Shown here: one piece after another, positions 19,088 to 27,342 of the stretch
Layout of the letters: each line of letters begins with the position of its first letter
Position numbering within the stretch: position 1 is the first letter of the stretch
NCBI GenBank assembly: GCA_028710985.1
Contig: JAQTTB010000001.1
Coordinates: 359,397 to 423,396, forward strand
DNA from: Patescibacteria group bacterium
GTDB lineage: Bacteria; Patescibacteriota; Patescibacteriia; JAHJFT01
Direction: 5' to 3'
Length of the DNA: 64,000 nt
Position numbers and translations under genes: made by a program
The notes under the pieces: model-generated
The model's database searches: none
What the model was told of the DNA's origin: nothing
Seen by the model: the letters and a program-made list of their open reading frames with translations, nothing else

Positions 19088-21055
19088 TCAGAACGACAGG
19101 ATGCCCGTGGAGGTTCTCGTGACGCCGGTGAATGTCCAGCCGGAGTCATAGAGGTTGATCCACGCGCGATGCCGCGGTGTGCCGCGTGTGCCAATGGCGA
19201 AGACCAGGAACTCGTCATTCCAGTCCGGAATCCGGATGAAGTATGACGAGCTGTCGTTCGCATAGCTCGTGCACACTGGGAACGCGGGGTCGGTGTGGTA
19301 GGTGTCCGGATCCCAGACCTGGTCGTCCCAGTCTTCGGACCCGTAGGTCACGCAGAGCGCGCCGATTTCCTCTGTCCCTTCCAGGGCAAAGGGGTTGTCG
19401 CTGAACGCGGCCGCGTGATGAGCCTCGAGCGTGCCGCGGATCTCAATCTCGCGGTAGCCCGACATGGTCCGGCCGGTGATGCTGTACGTGCCCGAGGTCG
19501 TTGAGCTTGAACAGCCCTCGTCCACGGTACCGTCGCAGTCATCATCTGCCGAGTTGCAGGACTCGCCCGGCGGAACGCAGGTCCCCCAGCTGCACGAAGT
19601 ATCGCAGGTCTGGGTGCCGGTCGTTGAGCACGAACTCGTGCAGGTGCGGGTTGAGTAGCGGACGCAGGTGAACGTCTCGTCCGTGAGCCCGTCGGAATCG
19701 TTGTCGCTGCCGTCGCAGATTTCGGTTCCGGATATTGGAGGCGTTGCACCTCCGCAGGAGCCGAGTCCCCACGCCGTAAGCGCGGTGTTTGACGCGGTGC
19801 GGCAGAGATCGCCGGCGAGCACGAGCTGTGTCACATCCATCTTGAGGATTGCTCCCCAGGAGGTGATGACCGCGGGTTTCACCTGCGTGAACCCGCAGAG
19901 CGTGAAGCCCATGGGCTCGCCGTCGCCCGGGTAGTCGAGCGAGAAGCACGCGCTGTCCAGGCAGCCCGTTGTGGCGTCATGGTAGGCCGTGACCCGGTCG
20001 ATGTACTCGCCCGGATTCAAGGGCCGCACCAGCCCGTAGCCGTCGCGCGAGTCCAAGTAGAACGTGCCGGAGAAGTTGACGCATGACCCGATTGCGACCC
20101 CGGAGAGCCGGCTTATCTGGTCCGGCGTGGCCGGCGGCTCCCAGAACGTATCGCAGTCCGGGTCGTCGTCGTCCGTCACTCCGTCGTGATCGTTATCCGC
20201 ACCGTCGGTGCAGACATCCATCTCCGGGAGGGCCGGGCAGCGCAGTGCGAGCCGGGTCGTGCCGCCATCCGAGGCGGCCGCACGGTAGCAGGGCTCCGTG
20301 CTCACGAAGTCGAACTTGGAAAGATCGAGCTCGTACGTCGCCGAACCGAGCTGGAAGAACCAGCCCGTGTCGCCGCCCCGGGTGTACCAGAGGCTGCCCG
20401 GTGTGGCCGTTTCCGACCACGTCTTGCAGATCCGACCGGTCGTGGTTGACCAGCTGTTCCAGCTGCCGAAGGCGCAGAGCGCGCTCGGCCGGCCGGGGAG
20501 TGTGGCGAACGTTCCGGAGAGCATGTCTCCGTAGATTCGCGACTCCACCGCGTCGCCGGGGTTTGAAACCCAGTCGCGGAACTCGGCATAGATCGTGCCG
20601 ATTGGGGCAGGCGGGCCGGGGATTTCCCCGCCATGCGGGGAATCATCGGTCGCGGTGTCCACGGCCGTGTCCGGAGTTGTGTCCGGAACCGTGTCCGTGG
20701 TCGTATCGGTTGCCGTGTCAGTCGCCGTGTCGCAGGTCGTATCCGGCTCGGTGGCCGCATCGTCGGTCCCTGTGTCGGTCGTCGTGTCCGCGGCCGTGTC
20801 AGAATCAGTTGCCGCGTCCGTACCGCCGATGCAGTCCTCCTCGTCCACGAACCCGTCGATGTCGTCGTCCCAGCCGTTGCCGCAGATCTCGGGGGCGGGT
20901 GCGTCGGAATCGGTTCCGGCATCGCAGATCTCGTCCACGAGTCCGTTGCCGTCGTTGTCCACGCCGTCGCAGATCTCCGGGGGCCAGCCCATTGGCTCGT
21001 TGGTGCAGCCAGTGAGCATCCAGATCGTCGCGATCGTCCAAAGCGTCTTCTTCAT
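19088..21055 (-). CDS. Putative lipoprotein with MopE-related Cys/Asp metal-binding repeats and an Asp/Thr linker
   Basis: Lipobox-like LTGC at residue 17; five C-DGxDNDxDGxxDE-type repeats; DTATD linker. Confidence 0.8.
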   Translation of the reverse strand: MKKTLWTIATIWMLTGCTNEPMGWPPEICDGVDNDGNGLVDEICDAGTDSDAPAPEICGNGWDDDIDGFVDEEDCIGGTDAATDSDTAADTTTDTGTDDAATEPDTTCDTATDTATDTTTDTVPDTTPDTAVDTATDDSPHGGEIPGPPAPIGTIYAEFRDWVSNPGDAVESRIYGDMLSGTFATLPGRPSALCAFGSWNSWSTTTGRICKTWSETATPGSLWYTRGGDTGWFFQLGSATYELDLSKFDFVSTEPCYRAAASDGGTTRLALRCPALPEMDVCTDGADNDHDGVTDDDDPDCDTFWEPPATPDQISRLSGVAIGSCVNFSGTFYLDSRDGYGLVRPLNPGEYIDRVTAYHDATTGCLDSACFSLDYPGDGEPMGFTLCGFTQVKPAVITSWGAILKMDVTQLVLAGDLCRTASNTALTAWGLGSCGGATPPISGTEICDGSDNDSDGLTDETFTCVRYSTRTCTSSCSTTGTQTCDTSCSWGTCVPPGESCNSADDDCDGTVDEGCSSSTTSGTYSITGRTMSGYREIEIRGTLEAHHAAAFSDNPFALEGTEEIGALCVTYGSEDWDDQVWDPDTYHTDPAFPVCTSYANDSSSYFIRIPDWNDEFLVFAIGTRGTPRHRAWINLYDSGWTFTGVTRTSTGILSF

Positions 21056-21091
21056 GATCTTCTTTCTCCTATGTTGCTATCTTGCTGTTTC

Positions 21092-21195
21092 AATGTACTC
21101 TTCATGAACCCACCATCCCAATGATGGCGGACTCATGTGAGTGCGCGACTGATTCAGGGGATGAATCATTATGTCGCGCAAGTTGGTGTGAAAGA
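21092..21195 (-). repeat. Two-hairpin element, copy D (104-bp direct repeat with copy E)
   Basis: 103/104 identical to 22342-22445; TGCGCGAC/GTCGCGCA, CTCAC linker, ATGAGTCCGCCATC/GATGGTGGGTTCAT. Confidence 0.9.
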
Positions 21196-21200
21196 GCAAT

Positions 21201-22304
21201 CTATTTATTCTGTGCTGCCTTTTTCTTAGCACGGCGTTCACGCGCGTAGCAGGTGCCGCAGACAGGTCCTTGGTCATTCCGTATTTTCACCGGCCTTACC
21301 TTGTGGCAGCAAATGCATTCTTCCTCAGACCGCTTGTAGCAGTTTACGCAGACAGGTCCTTGGTCAGTCCGCTGATTAACCGGCCTTACCTTGTGGCAGC
21401 AAATGCATTCTTCCTCAGGCCGCTTGTAGCAGTTTACGCAGACAGGTCCTTGGTCAGTCCGCTGATTCACCGGCCTTACCTTGTGGCAGCAAATGCATTC
21501 TTCCTCAGGTGGTTGGTAGGCCTTATAATAGCAACTTGCGCATATGGGGCCGTCATCAGTACGTTTATGAACAGGCTGCTCTTTATGGCAACGAACGCAT
21601 TCTTCTTCAGGCGCTCGGTAGCATCTATCACAGACAGGGCCGTCATCTAAGCGCTTCCTAACTGTTCTTACCCGATGGCAGAGTATGCACTTTTCTTTAG
21701 GGCGTAGGTGAGTCTTTCTGTAGCAGGCATCACAGATTGGACCCTCGTCCGTGCGCTGAACCACGGGCCTTACCCTATGGCAACAAATGCATTCTTCTTC
21801 CGGGCATTTATAGCAACAGTCACAGATTGGACCCTCGTCCGTGCGCTGAACCACGGGCCTTACCCTATGGCAACAAATGCATTCTTCTTCCGGGCGTTGG
21901 TAGGTTTTATTGTAGCAGCTTGCGCAAATGGGGCCATCGCTCGTGCGCTGCAAAACCGGCCTTACACTGTGACAGCGAACGCATTCTTCAAGGGCCGTAT
22001 GGTAACACTTGCCGCAGACTAGGCCGCCGTCCATGCGTTGAAAATTAATTTCGCTCCTTTCGTTGCAGACGCAGCAAATATCAATTTTCCTGTGGGACTC
22101 CAGGCCGGCGCATTGCCGACAGACGAGCGCGCCGGTTTGATTGAAATATTTTAGCGCTCGCAGATTATTGCAGTCCGGACATTTGCTCCGGGGCTTTGGC
22201 TGGCCTTGGCCCTCGCGTCGTGTTGGCTCGTGCATGCGCACGCAGTCTTCGTCTCCACAAACCGGGCAAATATGCCCGTGCGTTTCAGTGTGATTCTCGC
22301 ACAC
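21201..22304 (-). CDS. Cys-rich tandem CxxC-x~15-CxxC (zinc-ribbon-like) repeat protein
   Basis: About 10 repeats of EECxxCHxVRPVxxRTDxGPxCxxCY; near-identical 90-bp DNA units; GTG start after AAAGGTAGG. Confidence 0.8.
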   Translation of the reverse strand: MCENHTETHGHICPVCGDEDCVRMHEPTRREGQGQPKPRSKCPDCNNLRALKYFNQTGALVCRQCAGLESHRKIDICCVCNERSEINFQRMDGGLVCGKCYHTALEECVRCHSVRPVLQRTSDGPICASCYNKTYQRPEEECICCHRVRPVVQRTDEGPICDCCYKCPEEECICCHRVRPVVQRTDEGPICDACYRKTHLRPKEKCILCHRVRTVRKRLDDGPVCDRCYRAPEEECVRCHKEQPVHKRTDDGPICASCYYKAYQPPEEECICCHKVRPVNQRTDQGPVCVNCYKRPEEECICCHKVRPVNQRTDQGPVCVNCYKRSEEECICCHKVRPVKIRNDQGPVCGTCYARERRAKKKAAQNK

Positions 22305-22341
22305 GGCATACCTACCTTTCTGTGGTTAGATTTTGTTGTCG

Positions 22342-22445
22342 AATGTACTCTTCATGAACCCACCATCCCAATGATGGCGGACTCGTGTGAGTGCGCGACT
22401 GATTCAGGGGATGAATCATTATGTCGCGCAAGTTGGTGTGAAAGA
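22342..22445 (-). repeat. Two-hairpin element, copy E
   Basis: Direct repeat of 21092-21195 at a 1250-bp offset, starting right after the stop of 22447..22797. Confidence 0.9.
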
Positions 22446-22446
22446 A

Positions 22447-22797
22447 CTAGTCGTCTCCGCGGCGGAGACGGTCGTAGCGAATCCGGTTGTATGCCCACTG
22501 GACGTGCCGCTCGTCGTAGCTCTCGCCCGGGTTGGGCAATGGCCGACCGCCGGGGAAAAGGCCGGTCTCGGGGTCGAACTTCTTCGGCCTGGGAAGCTTG
22601 GGCCGGCGGGACTGTTTTACAATCCGGTTGTAGGCCATGACCGGCAATACGGCCGGGGCGAGGAACACGAGGAATATCCGGTCGAGGATGTCGGTCGTCT
22701 CGCGTCCCATGCAGAACGCGCCGATGGTCCAGCAGATGATGTTCCATGGTGGGGTGACGAGGGCGGCGATGGTGAGAATTCTATAGAAAGCGCGCAT
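22447..22797 (-). CDS. Small membrane protein (2 transmembrane helices, charged C-terminal tail)
   Basis: AGGAAAGGA SD; hydrophobic N-terminal half. Confidence 0.65.
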   Translation of the reverse strand: MRAFYRILTIAALVTPPWNIICWTIGAFCMGRETTDILDRIFLVFLAPAVLPVMAYNRIVKQSRRPKLPRPKKFDPETGLFPGGRPLPNPGESYDERHVQWAYNRIRYDRLRRGDD

Positions 22798-23037
22798 GCT
22801 CTTCCTTTCCTAGAGGCAATGCCTCCCTCTTTGGCAAATGGCTTGTAAAGAACGACTCTGGGAGAGAGTATTTTTTATTGCCATCGGCCAAAGGGGGAGA
22901 CCCGCCTCAAACAAAAAGGCGAAGTCAGCTTGGGAAGAGTATTTCCAGTCTAACTTCGCCCATATAGCCAAATCCGGCTATATTTTGCGATTATTTATGA
23001 TATTTCTCTCTCCCCGATATTTGATTGTTAACGGGGT

Positions 23038-23066
23038 ATAATATCATATTTTTGCGATTTTGTCAA
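23038..23066 (-). promoter_or_regulatory. Consensus sigma70 promoter heading the 22797-18213 orphan array
   Basis: TTGACA-17 nt-TATTAT. Confidence 0.7.
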
Positions 23067-23093
23067 GAGTGGCCGCCGGCCGAGCCGGCGGCA

Positions 23094-23240
23094 ATTTTAA
23101 GTTGTAAATTTTAAATTTTAACTCAAATCCCAATTTTAAATGATAAATTACTTAATGTCGGGTCGCTTCGCCATTAAAGCATTCAAAATTTTTCATTTAA
23201 AATTGAATTAAAATTTAAAACTTAAAATTTAAAATTAAAA
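23094..23240. repeat. AT-rich degenerate heptamer repeat tract (TTAAAAT-like)
   Basis: tttaaaattgaattaaaatttaaaacttaaaatttaaaatt; a second copy is at 36110-36170. Confidence 0.7.
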
Positions 23241-23894
23241 TCACGCTGATTTTTCCCGCCATTTCTTGATTTTTGCGTGATCGCCGGAAAGCAGGATTTT
23301 GGGCACTTTTTTGCCCTTATAATTTTCCGGCCGGGTATATTGGGGAAACTCTTTATATCCTTTCTTGGAATAGGTTTCTCCTTCAAGCGATATCTCGCAT
23401 CCGATTGTCCCGGGAATGTGCCGGCCGACCGCATCGGCAATAATCATGGCAGCCAGCTCTCCGCCGGTAATAATATATTCGCCGACGCTAAGCTCTTCAT
23501 CCGCCACGAGTTCGCTGACCCGTTCATCGACCGATGAATAACGCCCGCACAAAAATATCAGCTGATCATAATTTATGAGCCGCGGCACATCTTTTTGCGA
23601 AAAAATATTACCCCGGGGAGAGAGCAATATTACGCGGGTTTTTTTACCGCGTTTTTTTACTGCTTTAACCGCCCGGTCAAACGGTTCAACCATCATTACC
23701 ATGCCGGCGCCGCCGCCGTAAGGCTGATCGTCAACCGACCGGTGCCTGTCACTGGTCCATTTTCTAAGATTGTGCACCTTGATTGTAATCAATTTATTCT
23801 TAACCGCCTTGCCCAAAACACCAACCTCGAAATAAGGCTCAAACACTTCGGGAAAAATCGATATAAAATCAAATTGTATTGTTTTTTTCTTCAT
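23241..23894 (-). CDS. trmD: tRNA (guanine37-N1)-methyltransferase
   Basis: VDDQPYGGGAGM, LLSPRG, SVGEYIITGGE and PQYTRP motifs. Confidence 0.96.
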   Translation of the reverse strand: MKKKTIQFDFISIFPEVFEPYFEVGVLGKAVKNKLITIKVHNLRKWTSDRHRSVDDQPYGGGAGMVMMVEPFDRAVKAVKKRGKKTRVILLSPRGNIFSQKDVPRLINYDQLIFLCGRYSSVDERVSELVADEELSVGEYIITGGELAAMIIADAVGRHIPGTIGCEISLEGETYSKKGYKEFPQYTRPENYKGKKVPKILLSGDHAKIKKWREKSA

Positions 23895-23966
23895 ATTTTT
23901 AACAAAAAACGCGGTATCTACATGATACCACGTTTTTGCCCCAATACTAAGGGGAAATGTTTGAAA

Positions 23967-24290
23967 TTATATGCTGAGGTCGTCAACAGCCGAAGTGTCG
24001 ATGTCGGCGTTTTCTGGCCTTGGTCTGGGTCCGCGGCCGCCTTCCGGCTCGTTGATCTTGAGGTTAACGCGAGCGTTGTTTTTCGCGCCAACGATCTTGA
24101 GGAGCGTGCGGATTGAGCGGGCGGTCTGGCCCTGCTTGCCAATAACATAGCCCATGTCGGCCGGATTCAGGAAAAGGGTGATTAAGACGCCGCGCTCGTC
24201 GACCGTGCGCTCGGTCTTAACATCCTTGGGGTTATTGACGATGCATCTTACAATTGTTTCAACAAATTCTTGATCGTCGTATTTCGCCAT
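23967..24290 (-). CDS. khpA: KH-domain RNA-binding protein KhpA
   Basis: DMGYVIGKQGQTARSIR; lies between rpsP and trmD. Confidence 0.9.
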   Translation of the reverse strand: MAKYDDQEFVETIVRCIVNNPKDVKTERTVDERGVLITLFLNPADMGYVIGKQGQTARSIRTLLKIVGAKNNARVNLKINEPEGGRGPRPRPENADIDTSAVDDLSI

Positions 24291-24431
24291 ATCATTAATT
24301 TATGTGTAAGCATTTTAAGGTTCGAGACTTTCGACCGGTTTTTCCGCTATTTTGAGCGGAATCAAGCCCCGTTATAAAAAATATATCAAAAACCGGCCGC
24401 TGTGTCAATTGGCCGGTTTTGGTTTGTAATG

Positions 24432-24941
24432 TTACGCCTTTGGCTCCTCGGCGGGTGCTTCTGCCGGGGCCGGAGTTTCTGCCGGAGCGGGCGTTTCTGC
24501 AGCCGGAGTCGGAGTTTCCGGTACTGGTGCCGGGGTCTCTGCCGGAGCGGGCGGTTCGGGTTCCGGAGTCCCGACCGCTGTCGGGACTGCCGCGGCGGCG
24601 GCGGCTTCAGCCTTGGCTTTATCGGCTTCAGCCTTGGTTTTGGCTTCGGCAATTCGGGCGCGGCGCCGGTCCGATACTTTAACGCTCTTGCGTTTTTTGC
24701 CGGAAATAATTCCCTGGCTCACGAGCAAATTGTGCACCGTGTTTGAAGTCTGGGCGCCCCGCTCAATGTAATATTTGATGCGTTCAATATTGAAATTAAT
24801 GACTTTTTCTTTGGCGCGGGGATTATAGTTTCCCAGATTTTCAAGAACCCGGCCCCAGGGATCGCGGCTTTTTTCCGAAATAACCAGGCGGTAGGTCGGC
24901 TGTTTTACCTTGCCAACTCGCGCAAGTCGGATATGAAGCAT
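24432..24941 (-). CDS. rpsP: 30S ribosomal protein S16 with a Pro/Ala/Glu-rich C-terminal extension
   Basis: IRLARVGK..QPTYRLV, LGNYNP and GAQTSNTV motifs. Confidence 0.95.
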   Translation of the reverse strand: MLHIRLARVGKVKQPTYRLVISEKSRDPWGRVLENLGNYNPRAKEKVINFNIERIKYYIERGAQTSNTVHNLLVSQGIISGKKRKSVKVSDRRRARIAEAKTKAEADKAKAEAAAAAAVPTAVGTPEPEPPAPAETPAPVPETPTPAAETPAPAETPAPAEAPAEEPKA

Positions 24942-25017
24942 AATTTAAGATGAAAATTTATTGATTATTTTGAGCACTTATGCAGCAGGGCTATTATAGA
25001 TAAAACCCGGTTTTTCG

Positions 25018-27261
25018 TCAAGCCTTGGCCGCGGCTTCCTCGAGCTTCACGGAAAGCATTTTTGAAACCCCGTCATCGCCCATGGTGACGCCGTAAAGAA
25101 CGCGCGCCACGTCCATGGTCGCGCGGTTATGCGAGATCACGATGAACTGGGTCTTCTTTGAAAGCTCATCAATGATTTTTGAGAATTTTATTGAGTTGGA
25201 CTCATCCAGCGCGGCGTCAACCTCGTCTAAGACGATAAACGGCGACGGATTGTTGGTCATTATCGCGCAAATCAGGGCAATCGAAGTAAGCGCGCGCTCG
25301 CCGCCGGAGAGCGCGTTGATGGATTTCAGGCGCTTGCCCGGGGGAGTGGCCTGAATCTCCACGCCGGTGATGATTTTTTTCTTGGCCGCGGGCTTTTCCT
25401 CAAACGGCATTTCTTCGGGCGCCTCTTCCCCGACGTTCCGCTCCGCGGAAGTCGGGGCCTCGGCCTCTTCCGGCTCCTCGTCGGTTATTTCTTCATTCAC
25501 CTGGATAAGTCGCGCTTCGCCGCCGCCGAATAGGAGTTTAAAATATTTTTCAAATTCGCGGTTCAGGTTGCGGAACGCGCTTTCGCTCTGGGCTTTTATT
25601 TTTTGGTCAAGCTCGCCGATGATTTGCTCGAGCGAATCAATCGCTCCGGAGAGATCCTTGGTTTGGCCTTCGAGATATGTAAATCGTTCCTGCGTCTCGT
25701 TGTATTCGGCGAGTGTCTCGGGATCAATCGCGCCGATGAGGTCAAGCTGATGTTTGAGCCGCGCCATCTCCGGATAGATCGCTTCGGGTGAAACCGATTC
25801 GGTCGGCACGTAAGATTTCATTTCTTCGGCGCGCTCGGCCAGATCCTGCCGCATTTCCTGTTCAAGCGATTCTCGTTTTGTCTCAAAGCGGGCTTGTTCT
25901 ATCTTCACGTCGTTCAGCCGCGACTCCAGATCGTGCACGCGTACGCCTTTTTCCTGCAGTTCGCGCTGAATGGAAAAAAATCGGCCGCGTTTTGCCTCTT
26001 CGTCTTTATTGAAATTGGTAATTTTTTGCTGGACCGCGGAAATTTTGTTGTCAATCGCAATGAGTCCCTTGGCAATCTCTTTTAGATCTTTTTCCATGCC
26101 CGGGTCGAGCGCCATCGCCTGGTCAGGCTGTTTTAGTTTGGCGAGCAGGTCTTTGATTTTTTTTGCCAGGGTCCGGATTTTTTCCGGCGCATCTCCGCCT
26201 GCTTCAATCGCGCGCATCGCCTCTTCGCCCAGGGCGTCAATCTCTTCAAGTTCGGACAGGATCATGGCCACGGGCACGGGCGGCGCCTTTTTTTCCTTGA
26301 GGCTCGCGAGTTCGATTTTTCTCTGCAGATCAAACTGCTTTTCGCGCAGAGCGGATTTCTCGTTCATGAGCTGCTGGTAGTCGTTCTGCAGGCCGGAGAA
26401 CACGTCGCCCCGCGGCTCTTCGCGCTCCATTTTGGAAAATTCGGACTGCAGGGTCTCAAGCCGGCTTTTGGCGTCAATGAGTTCCTCGTCAATCACTTTG
26501 TAATTCCGTTCCTGGATTACGATTTTTTCGGAAATATCTTTCCATAATGTGCCGTAATATTTTTTCTGGAGTTCGCCGAGCTCGGCCTCGGTTTCTTCGC
26601 GCCGTTCCAGCCTTTTCGCGAGCCGGGTGAGCGAGCGGAGCCGCGGCTCGATTTCCTGCATCACAAGCAATGCCTGGTTCAGATTTTCGCGGCTTGCTTC
26701 AAGTTTATTAACCGACGACTGTCTTTTTATTTGATATTGTTTGACCCCGGCCGCTTCATCAAAAAATTCTTTGCGCTCCTGCGGGGTAGCGACCAGGATA
26801 TGATCAACCATGCCCTGGCCGATGACCGCGTAGCTCCGCTGGCCGAAGTTTGCCTGCGCGAGCAAGAGCTGGATGTCCTGGAGACGCGCCTTGTTGTTGT
26901 TGAGGTAGTATTCGGTCACGCCGTCGCGGTAGAGCCGCCGCGTGATCACGAGTTCGGAATAATCAATATCCGCGGCGCGGTCTTCGTTATTGAGATACAG
27001 CGAAACCTCGGCAAAGCCGGCGCGGCTGCGCTTCGGCGTGCCCGAAAAAATCACGTCTTCGCTTTTCTTGCCGCGAAGAAGCTTGAGGCTCTGCTCGCCC
27101 ATTGCCCAGCGCACCGCGTCCGCGATGTTGGATTTGCCCGAGCCGTTCGGCCCGACAATCGCGGTGGTGCCCTTTTTGTCGCCGGCGGGCGCTAGGAATT
27201 CCAGGGTGGTTTTGAGCGCAAAGGTTTTAAAGCCTTGGAGCTCCAGTCTCTCTAAAAACAT
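25018..27261 (-). CDS. smc: SMC-family chromosome segregation ATPase (short form)
   Basis: GFKTF, GPNGSGKSN, LSGGER and LDEVDAALD motifs; coiled coils. Confidence 0.9.
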   Translation of the reverse strand: MFLERLELQGFKTFALKTTLEFLAPAGDKKGTTAIVGPNGSGKSNIADAVRWAMGEQSLKLLRGKKSEDVIFSGTPKRSRAGFAEVSLYLNNEDRAADIDYSELVITRRLYRDGVTEYYLNNNKARLQDIQLLLAQANFGQRSYAVIGQGMVDHILVATPQERKEFFDEAAGVKQYQIKRQSSVNKLEASRENLNQALLVMQEIEPRLRSLTRLAKRLERREETEAELGELQKKYYGTLWKDISEKIVIQERNYKVIDEELIDAKSRLETLQSEFSKMEREEPRGDVFSGLQNDYQQLMNEKSALREKQFDLQRKIELASLKEKKAPPVPVAMILSELEEIDALGEEAMRAIEAGGDAPEKIRTLAKKIKDLLAKLKQPDQAMALDPGMEKDLKEIAKGLIAIDNKISAVQQKITNFNKDEEAKRGRFFSIQRELQEKGVRVHDLESRLNDVKIEQARFETKRESLEQEMRQDLAERAEEMKSYVPTESVSPEAIYPEMARLKHQLDLIGAIDPETLAEYNETQERFTYLEGQTKDLSGAIDSLEQIIGELDQKIKAQSESAFRNLNREFEKYFKLLFGGGEARLIQVNEEITDEEPEEAEAPTSAERNVGEEAPEEMPFEEKPAAKKKIITGVEIQATPPGKRLKSINALSGGERALTSIALICAIMTNNPSPFIVLDEVDAALDESNSIKFSKIIDELSKKTQFIVISHNRATMDVARVLYGVTMGDDGVSKMLSVKLEEAAAKA

Positions 27262-27342
27262 ATTGATAGATTATAGCGAAAATCCGCTCTATTGACAAGG
27301 AAAATATCCAGCGTTATAATGCCGGATTGAATATTCAGCCAT

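Noticed and set aside
21250-21900. CRISPR array or diversity-generating retroelement repeats
   Set aside because: The 90-bp units are contiguous in-frame coding repeats with no unique spacers. No cas gene, reverse transcriptase or adenine-specific variation is visible.
17400-23000. Prophage or transposon
   Set aside because: No structural, replication, integrase or transposase genes.
18040-23066. Classical integron or attC cluster
   Set aside because: No tyrosine recombinase. The elements form two hairpins and lack paired RYYYAAC/GTTRRRY boxes; only one copy has ACCTAAC.
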